Shown here in pieces: positions 15,572 to 23,045 of a stretch of DNA of 35,609 nt (its first letter is position 1; every line of letters begins with the position of its first letter). A program made the translations under genes and the position numbers. The notes beneath the pieces are model-generated. The model searched no databases, had not been told where the DNA came from, and saw nothing but the letters and a program-made list of their open reading frames with translations. This stretch comes from Pseudomonadales bacterium. GTDB taxonomy: Bacteria; Pseudomonadota; Gammaproteobacteria; Pseudomonadales; UBA5518. Location of the stretch: contig JBILEG010000001.1 in the NCBI GenBank assembly GCA_044352225.1, positions 1 through 35,609 on the forward strand, read 5' to 3'.

Positions 15572-16138
15572 ATGGGACGCGACGAGCGCATGGAGAACAT
15601 TGCAGGCTTCACGCGGACGCCCTCTTCTTTGGGTGCCGTGGCTGCCACCGGTGTGGGGCCGTCCATGAGAGCCGCGTGGGATATGGACGCGGAATACGCG
15701 CGCCTCGAGGCGTGGCTGGGCGTGTTGCGCCTGATGCCTGAATGCCCTGGTCTTCGTGCTGTCCATCCCGGCGCGCCCGTGGCTGCATGTTGCGACGAGG
15801 GTACCCGTGGCATCTGTTCCGAAGGCATCAGGGCGCTCGGCACAGATATGCTCGACTTCATGAGCGACCATTTCGCGCGGGAGAACACCCTGATGCGTCG
15901 CGGCAACGGCATCCGGGGCCTGCGGGAGCTGTTCGAGCTTCACACAGAGGATCACGGCACCATCATGAGTGCAGTGGTGAAAGCCCTCGAAATGCCCACT
16001 CCTTGCGCGCAGAAACGCGCGATGGGTTCGCTGCTCGACAGCCATGTGCGCCGCCATCTGCTCACGCATGATGCCTCGCTGCGCGAGCAATTGCCCCGGC
16101 TATGCCACGAGCCGGCTGTGGCGGGCCATAAACGCTAG
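15572..16138 (+). CDS. hemerythrin-like metal-binding domain protein with a Cys-rich insert
   Basis: The ATG at 15572 lies 9 nt after AAGGGGGA. DHFARENTLM (H..E), LHTEDH (H...H) and RRHLLTHD (H....HD) match the spacing of hemerythrin iron ligands. The insert is PECPG...ACCDEGTRGICSEG. Third codon positions look less GC-biased than in neighbouring genes. Confidence 0.45.
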   Translation: MGRDERMENIAGFTRTPSSLGAVAATGVGPSMRAAWDMDAEYARLEAWLGVLRLMPECPGLRAVHPGAPVAACCDEGTRGICSEGIRALGTDMLDFMSDHFARENTLMRRGNGIRGLRELFELHTEDHGTIMSAVVKALEMPTPCAQKRAMGSLLDSHVRRHLLTHDASLREQLPRLCHEPAVAGHKR

Positions 16139-17277
16139 GTTGCCGGGCGCAGTTCCTGCGCCCGCAGCGTATGCCTGATGCGCGGTGTGCCGTTCACATC
16201 ACGCACCTCCATGTGCACCTCGGGGCCTGACTCCCAGTCGATCTCGATCAGCCCGAAATTCTGCTCGCGCAGGACCTCGCTCACGCGGTTGGCGTTGGGT
16301 GGCGTGACGGGCCAGACCTCCGTCAGACCGCTGGAGGTGAGGTCCCACAGCGGGTAGGGCACGTTCATGTCGAGGCAGGAGAGCTCGGCGTAGTGGGTGT
16401 CGCCGCTGATGCAGAAGAAACCCTCCGCGCGCGTGCGGCGCAGCACATCGATCAGCCGCTGGTGGTCGTGACCGAAATTGCGCCACGCCTCCCAGCCCGA
16501 GAAATCCGCCAGCACTTGCAGGCTGGAGGCAAAAAGCCGCAATTCCGCCGGCTCGTGCAGCGTTTTCTCCAGCCACTGCCACTGCCGTTCGCCCAGCATC
16601 GTGGCCTCATGCGCGGGGTTCGGCAGGTAGTAGCCCGGCACCTCCTGGCCCGCATCCGCAAAGCTCTGTGCCCAGGCCTTGTAGTCCTTGCCGCCCATGT
16701 CGGTCTTGACGGTGCCGGTGCGGTTGAAGCGCAGGTCGGGCAACAGGATCTGCAGGCGTTTTCCCGGTGGGCCCAGCGTGACGGCGGTGTAGATGCCATC
16801 ACGGCTGCGACGCGGCGAGTCTGCGGGCTCGCCCCAGAAATCACAGAAGATCCGCCGCGATTCCTCCTTCATGGGGTAGTCACCGCCGGCATCGTTCTCG
16901 CCGAAGTCGTGGTCATCCCAGGTGGCCAGCACGGCCGTGCGCTCGCGCAGGCGCCGGAAGCCCGGGCTGGCGGCGAGTTGCGCGTACTTGGCGGTCAGCA
17001 CCGACATGTCGCGCGTGTCGCCGTAGATGTTGTCGCCCAGGAAGACGAAGAGTTCGGGTTCGGCCGCGATGATCGCCTCCCAGATCGGCTGGGGTTGATC
17101 CTGATCGCAGCAGGAACCGAAGGCGATGCGGCGCGGGGCCTGCTTCGGGCTCGGGCGCATGAGCGGTTCCAGCCGTATCGCGCCCGCCTGTGCAGTGTGG
17201 CCCACGGCTGCCGCCAGCCCGAGCGCGCCGGCTTGCAGAACGCGACGGCGGCGCGGATCGGTAGGTATCCCGTCCAT
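16135..17277 (-). CDS. phoD: PhoD-family alkaline phosphatase/phosphodiesterase, Tat-exported
   Basis: ATG at 17277 after AGGAG. Twin-arginine signal DPRRRRVLQAGALGLAAAV. Metallophosphatase blocks GSCC, FLGDNIY, WDDHDFGEND and ISGDTHY. Confidence 0.8.
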   Translation of the reverse strand: MDGIPTDPRRRRVLQAGALGLAAAVGHTAQAGAIRLEPLMRPSPKQAPRRIAFGSCCDQDQPQPIWEAIIAAEPELFVFLGDNIYGDTRDMSVLTAKYAQLAASPGFRRLRERTAVLATWDDHDFGENDAGGDYPMKEESRRIFCDFWGEPADSPRRSRDGIYTAVTLGPPGKRLQILLPDLRFNRTGTVKTDMGGKDYKAWAQSFADAGQEVPGYYLPNPAHEATMLGERQWQWLEKTLHEPAELRLFASSLQVLADFSGWEAWRNFGHDHQRLIDVLRRTRAEGFFCISGDTHYAELSCLDMNVPYPLWDLTSSGLTEVWPVTPPNANRVSEVLREQNFGLIEIDWESGPEVHMEVRDVNGTPRIRHTLRAQELRPAT

Positions 17278-17303
17278 TCAGTACTCCTGCCTGCGCCTCG
17301 GGT

Positions 17304-18848
17304 TCAGAGTCCCAGCGCAGAGCGCATCACGTAGAAGAGATAGCTCTGCTCCTGCACGCCGTACACCAGTTGTGAGCCCGGGCCCACCGCGAACACGGGT
17401 ACGTCCTCGCCACCGTGGGTCTCGGCATCCAGAGGGATCAGCGCTTCCTGGTGGTAGTTCGGATGCGTGGTGTCAGTGGTGGCGATCTCCGGCACGCGGC
17501 CCGTGCGTGCCGGTAGCTCGTAAACGCCCTCGCCGGGAACATCCGCGTGGAAACCACGCCCGTTCGCGTAGCCCGCAGTGGTGTAGGGAAGGCCGTCCTC
17601 GGCCTTCGCGGGGGCGGTCTCGCCCACTTCCACCACCTTGCCCAGGATCGGATTGCCCCGCTTCGCGTAACCCGCGATCGTGAAACCGTGGCTGTGGTCT
17701 GCGGTTACCACCACCAGTGTCTCGCCGGGGGTGATCTCCTGCAGCGCCGCACGCACGGCGTCTGAAAGCGCGATGGCGTCGGTGAGTGCGCGGTAGGCAT
17801 TGCCTGCGTGGTGCCCGTGGTCGATGCGGCCCGCTTCCACCATCAGGAAAAAACCCTTCGGATTGCGGGAGAGGATACTGATCGCCTTGGTGGTCATCTG
17901 GGCGAGCGAGGGTTCGCCCGCGGTGTCCTGCTTGCGGTCAGCCTCGAACTCCATGTGCGAGCGCTCGAAGAGGCCGAGCAGATGCGTGGTGCGATCCGGG
18001 TCGATCGCGTCGAAGCCTTTCTGGTCGAAAACGAACTGGCCGCCGAACTTGCGCTGCCATTCCTTCACCAGATTGCGGCCGTCACCACGCGCTCCCTTTG
18101 CACCGTTGTCTTCAGGGTCTTTGGCCGAGCGCGGAAGGAAGTTCGCGCGGCCACCGCCCAATACCACCTCGATCCCGTCACCGATGCCGCCCTTGCCGAA
18201 GCGGTCGACCAATTGCGAGGCGATGTCCGGTACCGTGGCACCGGCGGGGCGGTCCGTGTCGGCCTCCCAATCGCGTGCGGCGGTGTGCGAGTAGGTGGCG
18301 CCCGGCGTGGCGTGGGTGATGCGGGCGGTGCTCACGATGCCAGTGGCGAGCCCGGCTTTCTCGGCGAGTTCCAGCAAGGTCTCCTGCGCGGCCGCTGCCA
18401 CTTTCTGTGCGGATGGCTCCTGTGCGGTGATGTTGCCGGCCACGCTCAGCACGCCGTCCAGTGTTTTCACGCCCGTCATCATGGCGCTCATGGTGGGTGC
18501 CGAGTCCGATACCTGCTGGTTTACCGTATAGGTCTTCGCCAGCGCGAGGTGCGGGAACTGCTCGAAAGACAGAGAATTCTCCTCGCCGCGCTCCCCGCGC
18601 AGCTGGCCCTCGAGTATCCGCGCTGCAGTGACCGTGGAGACGCCCATTCCATCGCCCACGAAGAGGATCACGTTCCGCGCGCGCTCGGGCCCCCCGGGGG
18701 ACCAGCTGCGCGCCTTGCGCAGTGCGATCTCGCCTTGCTGCTTCCACCAGGCCGGATCGGCATCGCTGCTCGGTGGCGGAAGGGGCGATTCGGCAATGGC
18801 CGAGGCGGCGAGAAGGAGTGCCGCGGCACAGGAGAGAGCGGTTTTCAC
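17304..18848 (-). CDS. PhoA-family alkaline phosphatase, exported
   Basis: Blocks VILFVGDGMG, active-site DSAPTMSAMMTG, HATPG, VEAGRIDHGHH and TADHSH. I prefer the GTG at 18848 (VKTALSCAAALLLAASAIA signal peptide) to the track's ATG at 18899, which lies inside the Pho-box-like site. Confidence 0.85.
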   Translation of the reverse strand: MKTALSCAAALLLAASAIAESPLPPPSSDADPAWWKQQGEIALRKARSWSPGGPERARNVILFVGDGMGVSTVTAARILEGQLRGERGEENSLSFEQFPHLALAKTYTVNQQVSDSAPTMSAMMTGVKTLDGVLSVAGNITAQEPSAQKVAAAAQETLLELAEKAGLATGIVSTARITHATPGATYSHTAARDWEADTDRPAGATVPDIASQLVDRFGKGGIGDGIEVVLGGGRANFLPRSAKDPEDNGAKGARGDGRNLVKEWQRKFGGQFVFDQKGFDAIDPDRTTHLLGLFERSHMEFEADRKQDTAGEPSLAQMTTKAISILSRNPKGFFLMVEAGRIDHGHHAGNAYRALTDAIALSDAVRAALQEITPGETLVVVTADHSHGFTIAGYAKRGNPILGKVVEVGETAPAKAEDGLPYTTAGYANGRGFHADVPGEGVYELPARTGRVPEIATTDTTHPNYHQEALIPLDAETHGGEDVPVFAVGPGSQLVYGVQEQSYLFYVMRSALGL

Positions 18849-18897
18849 AGTGTTTACCCCGGTTGCAGGACGGTTGAGCACATCCAACCGCCACTCC

Positions 18898-18915
18898 ATG
18901 ACACATCTACGACAG
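18898..18915 (-). promoter_or_regulatory. Pho-box-like PhoB binding site upstream of the phoA-family gene
   Basis: The minus strand reads CTGTCGT-AGAT-GTGTCAT: two 7-mers, each 6/7 to the CTGTCAT consensus, with the canonical 4-nt spacer. It sits about 50 nt upstream of the GTG at 18848. Confidence 0.45.
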
Positions 18916-19033
18916 CCACCTGCCGCGCAACGTGTGAAAGGCTCGCCACGCGCGGCGCTTTTGTGGAGTATCGCGCCTCAGGAGGATGCCTGTCATGCGC
19001 CCCGAGCCTGATGAACCCGGCCGAGCATCGCGA

Positions 19034-19918
19034 ATGAGTCTGCCCTCGCGCGGTGTACGTGCCCTGCGCCTGTGTGCGGCGGTGACGCTGCTGCTGCTCT
19101 CGGTCGCCTGCTCGGTGGTGGGGGTGCTCTACGAGCGCCTTGATCTGCTGCTCGGGCTGGAAGCAGAGAGCTGGCTCGACCTCGATGGCGGGCAACTGCA
19201 CACGTTCCGCCACGCGGTACGCCAGCGCGTCGAAGAGAACCGCCGCGAGGAATTGCCGCACTACATCGCCTTTCTAGAACTCGCCGCCACCCGCGTGGCC
19301 TCGCCGCCGGATGCCGCGACACTGCAGGCCGATGCAGAGGGTTTGCGCCTCATGTTGCGTGACACCATCCGCCGCAGCCTTCCTTTGGTGGCCGACACGC
19401 TCGTTTCGCTGCGGCCCGGACAGATCCGGCACCTCGAGGAGCAATTCGCGCAAAACAATGCCGAGTACGCCGAGGAGTACATGGAGCTTTCGCCCGAGCG
19501 TTTCCGCAAGAACAGGCTGCGGCGCTCGCGCGAGGCCGTCGAGCGCTGGACGGGGCGGCTGGACGCCTCACAGCGTGAGCGAGTGGCGTCTCTCGTGGAT
19601 ACTGTGCCGGACGGCTCGGCCGCCTGGAGTGCCTATTCAACCGGGTGGCAGCAATCGCTGCTGACGGAGTTGCGCGCGGGCGTCGGGCGCGATCGCCTGC
19701 TCGGGCTGCTGGAGACCTGGTGGACGACGGATGCGGCGATGGATCCTGCCTATGTCGCGCAACTCGAGGACAACCGGCGCCTGATCGCCGACTCGCTTGC
19801 GAGCCTCCTGCCCACCCTGAGCGATCGGCAGCGCGCCCGGGCCGCGCGGGAATTCCGCGAGCTGGCCGCAGACCTGCGCGAACTGCAGCACCCACAGCAG
19901 GGCGGGGAAGGGCAGTGA
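19034..19918 (+). CDS. DUF6279-like putative lipoprotein
   Basis: MSLPSRGVRALRLCAAVTLLLLSVAC has signal-peptide character with a Cys (imperfect lipobox). The helical body (YERLDLLLGLEAESWLDLDGGQ...ELPHYIAFL) resembles DUF6279 lipoproteins as I recall them. The start could also be 18986 or 18995. Confidence 0.55.
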   Translation: MSLPSRGVRALRLCAAVTLLLLSVACSVVGVLYERLDLLLGLEAESWLDLDGGQLHTFRHAVRQRVEENRREELPHYIAFLELAATRVASPPDAATLQADAEGLRLMLRDTIRRSLPLVADTLVSLRPGQIRHLEEQFAQNNAEYAEEYMELSPERFRKNRLRRSREAVERWTGRLDASQRERVASLVDTVPDGSAAWSAYSTGWQQSLLTELRAGVGRDRLLGLLETWWTTDAAMDPAYVAQLEDNRRLIADSLASLLPTLSDRQRARAAREFRELAADLRELQHPQQGGEGQ

Positions 19919-19957
19919 TCTGCCCGTCGTATCAATTGCCAATACGGAGTGCACACT

Positions 19958-20434
19958 ATGAAACGCCGGAGCCTCTTCACCCTGCTTGCCGCCGCCGGAC
20001 TCGTTTCGCGCGCACACGCTGCGCCCGAGGCCGGGCCGCGCGCTGACCGCATCGAACTCGACGACGCCGAGTGGCAGAAGCGCCTCACGCCGGAGCAGTA
20101 CCGCGTGCTGCGCGAGGAGGCCACCGAAGCCCCGGGCAGCAGCCCTCTCAACCATGAGAAACGCCGTGGCACCTTTGTATGTGCGGGCTGCGATCTGCCG
20201 ATCTTCGATTCGCGGACGAAATACGAAAGCGGCACGGGATGGCCCAGTTTCTTCGATGTGTTGCCGGGTGCGGTGGGCACCAAGCGCGACTGGAGCCTGG
20301 TGATTCCGCGCACGGAATATCACTGCGCCCGTTGCGGCGGTCATCAGGGGCATGTCTTCGACGATGGCCCGGCACCGACGGGGTTGCGTTACTGCAACAA
20401 CGGTGTGGCATTGCGCTTCGAGGTGGCGGCATGA
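19958..20434 (+). CDS. msrB: peptide-methionine (R)-S-oxide reductase MsrB with an N-terminal Tat-like signal
   Basis: The ATG at 19958 lies 8 nt after a GGAG. N-terminus MKRRSLFTLLAAAGLVSRAHAA. Zn-binding CxxC pairs (CAGCDLP, CARCGGHQGHVF), GTGWPSF and the catalytic RYCNNG are present. Confidence 0.9.
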   Translation: MKRRSLFTLLAAAGLVSRAHAAPEAGPRADRIELDDAEWQKRLTPEQYRVLREEATEAPGSSPLNHEKRRGTFVCAGCDLPIFDSRTKYESGTGWPSFFDVLPGAVGTKRDWSLVIPRTEYHCARCGGHQGHVFDDGPAPTGLRYCNNGVALRFEVAA

Positions 20435-21030
20435 AGACGGCGGTGCTTCGATTCGTTTTCGCGATACTCGTTTTCAGTGCCGCAGGCGCGCGTGCGGCGA
20501 CCGATACGGCCGTCTTCGCGGGTGGCTGCTTCTGGTGCGTGGAGTCGGATTTCGACACCCTGCCCGGCGTGATCTCCACTACCTCGGGTTATACCGGCGG
20601 GCATGTTGCCAATCCGAGTTACGAGCAGGTCTCGGCCAATCACACCGGTCATGCCGAGGCCGTGGCAGTTGTTTTTGATCCGCAGAAAGTCAGCTATGCG
20701 CAGCTGGTGGAGTTCTTCTGGCGCAGCATCGACCCGACCACCAAAGACCGGCAATTCTGTGATGCGGGGAGCCCCTACCGTTCGGAGATCTTCGTGCGTG
20801 GGCCGGAGCAGCGTGCCGTGGCCGAGGCATCACTTGCCGCGCTCGAGAAGAGCAAGCCCTTCGAGGCGCCGATCGTCACGGAAATCACCGACGCCGGCGA
20901 GTTCTATGCTGCCGAGGACTACCATCAGGACTACTACCGCAAGAACCCGCTGCGGTACAGCTACTACCGCTACGGCTGCGGGCGTGATGCGCGGGTGAAG
21001 GAGCTCTGGGGCAAGAGTGTGGCGCACTGA
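20431..21030 (+). CDS. msrA: peptide-methionine (S)-S-oxide reductase MsrA with an N-terminal Sec-type signal
   Basis: The ATG at 20431 overlaps the msrB stop (ATGA). Signal MKTAVLRFVFAILVFSAAGARA is followed by the active site GGCFWC, then GYTGG, HAEAV and DYHQDYY. Confidence 0.9.
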   Translation: MKTAVLRFVFAILVFSAAGARAATDTAVFAGGCFWCVESDFDTLPGVISTTSGYTGGHVANPSYEQVSANHTGHAEAVAVVFDPQKVSYAQLVEFFWRSIDPTTKDRQFCDAGSPYRSEIFVRGPEQRAVAEASLAALEKSKPFEAPIVTEITDAGEFYAAEDYHQDYYRKNPLRYSYYRYGCGRDARVKELWGKSVAH

Positions 21031-21037
21031 GCGCCGA

Positions 21038-21805
21038 TCAGCCCTCTCCCTCTCCCTCTCCGGCCGCGGCGCGCTCACGGCGCCGCTCCTCCTCTCGCCG
21101 CACGTCCTCGATGTTCTGCAGCACGGCGTCCAGATCGACCGGCGTGCTGATTTCCTCCACGCGGCCGGTGAGCGCCACGCCGGGTTTCAGTTTGCCTGCC
21201 TCGTAGAGCTCCCAGATCTCCCGGCCGTAGGCGCTGCCGCGCAGGGCCGGCGCGAACTGGCCCAGATACAGCGCAAGATTCTCCGTGTCGCGTTCGAGCA
21301 TGCGCGCCGCGTGGTTGTTGCCGGCAGCGTCCACCGCTTGCGGCAGGTCGATGATCACGGGGCCGTCGGCACTCACCAGGATGTTGAATTCCGAGAGATC
21401 GCCGTGGACAAGGCCCGCGCACAGCATGCGCACCACCTGGTCGATCAGGAGGTCGTGCCAGGCAAGCGCGAGTTCTTCCGAGAGCTCGAGTTCCGAGAGG
21501 CGTGGTGCCGCGTTGCCGTGTTCGTCGGCGACCATGTCCATCAGCAGCACGCCTTCGAAGAAGCCATGCGCCCTGGGCACCCGCACGCCCGCGGCGGCGA
21601 GGCGGTAGAGCGCCTGCACTTCGGCTGTTTGCCAGGCGGATTCGACTTCCTTGCGGCCGAAGCGCGAGCCTTTTTCCATGGCGCGGGCGCGGCGGCTGCC
21701 TTTCACCCCACGGCCCTCGCGGTACTCCACGGCTTGCCGGAAACTGCGTTGCTCGGCTTCCTTGTAGACCTTGGCGCAGCGGATGTGCTCACCGCAGCGC
21801 ACCAC
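21038..21805 (-). CDS. RIO1-like (PA4780-type) serine protein kinase; the true 5' end lies upstream and is unresolved
   Basis: VYKEAEQRSF, LVHGDLSEFNILV and IIDLPQAVD are RIO kinase blocks. 21805 is only the first canonical (GTG) start. The frame stays open to 21952 and encodes the conserved N-terminus IPPRLEPLLEDGIVDEVIRQLKSGKEAAVYVV. Confidence 0.75.
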   Translation of the reverse strand: MVRCGEHIRCAKVYKEAEQRSFRQAVEYREGRGVKGSRRARAMEKGSRFGRKEVESAWQTAEVQALYRLAAAGVRVPRAHGFFEGVLLMDMVADEHGNAAPRLSELELSEELALAWHDLLIDQVVRMLCAGLVHGDLSEFNILVSADGPVIIDLPQAVDAAGNNHAARMLERDTENLALYLGQFAPALRGSAYGREIWELYEAGKLKPGVALTGRVEEISTPVDLDAVLQNIEDVRREEERRRERAAAGEGEGEG

Positions 21806-22014
21806 GTAGACGGCCGCTTCCTTGCCGCTTTTGAGTTGCCGGATGACCTCGTCGACGATGCCGTCCTCGAGCAGGGGTTCGAGGCGCGGCGGTATGCGTT
21901 GGCGTGCTATGGGAGGGATCTCTATCGGGGCGGGGATGGGCGCGAGTATAGTTCAGCGATCCTGCTGGGCAGGGGCTGTTCCCGTGTGAATCGGTCAGGC
22001 CTGGTGCGGTGAGG

Positions 22015-22266
22015 GTCGCGGGCGTGGGCCGTTCCTACGGGATGGGTCGCGGGCGTGGGTCGCTCCTGCGGGGGTGGGTCGCGGGCATGGCCCGCTCCTA
22101 CGGGATGGGTCGCGGGCGTGGGCCGTTCCTGCGGGGGATAGGTCGCGGGCATGGCCCGCTCCTACGGGATGGGTCGCGGGCATGGCCCGCTCCTACGGGG
22201 AATGGGTGCGGGCATGGCCCGCTCCTACGGGATGGCCTGTTGTAGGAGCGGGCCATGCCCGCGACA
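22015..22266. repeat. tandem REP array: 7 head-to-tail units (period 31-33 bp) plus 1 inverted terminal unit
   Basis: GGTCGCGGGC(A/G)TGG(C/G)CCG(C/T)TCCT(A/G)CGGG units start at 22015, 22046, 22078, 22109, 22142, 22173 and 22205. The inverted copy GTAGGAGCGGGCCATGCCCGCGAC lies at 22243-22266. Each unit contains a GCGGGC-nnn-GCCCGC hairpin. Confidence 0.85.
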
Positions 22267-22325
22267 CAAAGCCGGACATACACTGCGACATCCCGACCAG
22301 GGATTCACAAGGGGAGACAACGCAC

Positions 22326-23045
22326 ATGCCATCCGAGCCCATCCGCTCCCCCCTGATCCTCGGCGCCAGCCTCGTGATCGGCCTCGCTCTGCTGGGATTG
22401 CTGCTCGGCAACTCCGCCATCCGCGTGAAGGAATACGAGCGCACGGTCGCCGTGAAGGGGCTCTCGGAGCGCGACTACCCCGCCGACACCGTGATCTGGC
22501 CGATCCAGTTCTCGGCCGCCAGCAACGAACTCCCCGATCTCTACGCCACCATCGAGCGCAACACCGGCGCCATCCGCGAATACCTGCTGCAGCAGGGCGT
22601 GCAGCAGAGCGAGATCACACTCACACCCCCCGTAATCGTCGACAAGGCCGCCCAGCGCTACGGCGAGAGCCCCCGCGCCGAGTTCCGCTACACCGCGCTG
22701 CAAACCGTGACCGTGTACTCGGGTGCCGTCGAGAAGGTGCGCGGCATGATGACCGGCCTCGCCTCGCTCGGCCGCCAGGGCATCGCCATCACTGGCGGCG
22801 AGTACGACAACGCGCCGGAGTATCTCTTCACGCGGCTGAACGACGTCAAACCCGAGATGATCCAGGAAGCCACCACCAAGGCCCGCGAGGTGGCGCAGAA
22901 GTTCGCGTCGGATTCCGCGAGCTCGCTCGGCAAGATCCGCTCCGCCTCGCAAGGCCAGTTCACCATCGAGCCACGCGACAAGAACAATCCCCACATCAAG
23001 AAAGTGCGCGTGGTCTCCACCGTTGAGTACTACCTCTCGGACTGA
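22326..23045 (+). CDS. SIMPL (DUF541) domain protein with an N-terminal membrane anchor
   Basis: The ATG at 22326 follows GGGGAG. TM helix PLILGASLVIGLALLGLLLG. The C-terminal GQFTIEPRD....KVRVVSTVEYYL is typical of SIMPL. The N-terminal 84 aa of track ORF 22074..23045 are translated REP repeats. Confidence 0.8.
   Translation: MPSEPIRSPLILGASLVIGLALLGLLLGNSAIRVKEYERTVAVKGLSERDYPADTVIWPIQFSAASNELPDLYATIERNTGAIREYLLQQGVQQSEITLTPPVIVDKAAQRYGESPRAEFRYTALQTVTVYSGAVEKVRGMMTGLASLGRQGIAITGGEYDNAPEYLFTRLNDVKPEMIQEATTKAREVAQKFASDSASSLGKIRSASQGQFTIEPRDKNNPHIKKVRVVSTVEYYLSD

Noticed and set aside
22015-22266. Possible CRISPR array (regularly spaced repeats of about 32 bp)
   Set aside because: The units are contiguous with no unique spacers between them. 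The same motif recurs dispersed at 29993-30093 and 33572-33672, and no cas genes are present. This is a REP family, not CRISPR.
22074-22325. N-terminal 84 aa of ORF 22074..23045, and ORFs 21922..22283 with PVGAGHARDP-type repeats
   Set aside because: These are translations of the REP array in open frames. The SIMPL gene has its own SD and ATG at 22326.
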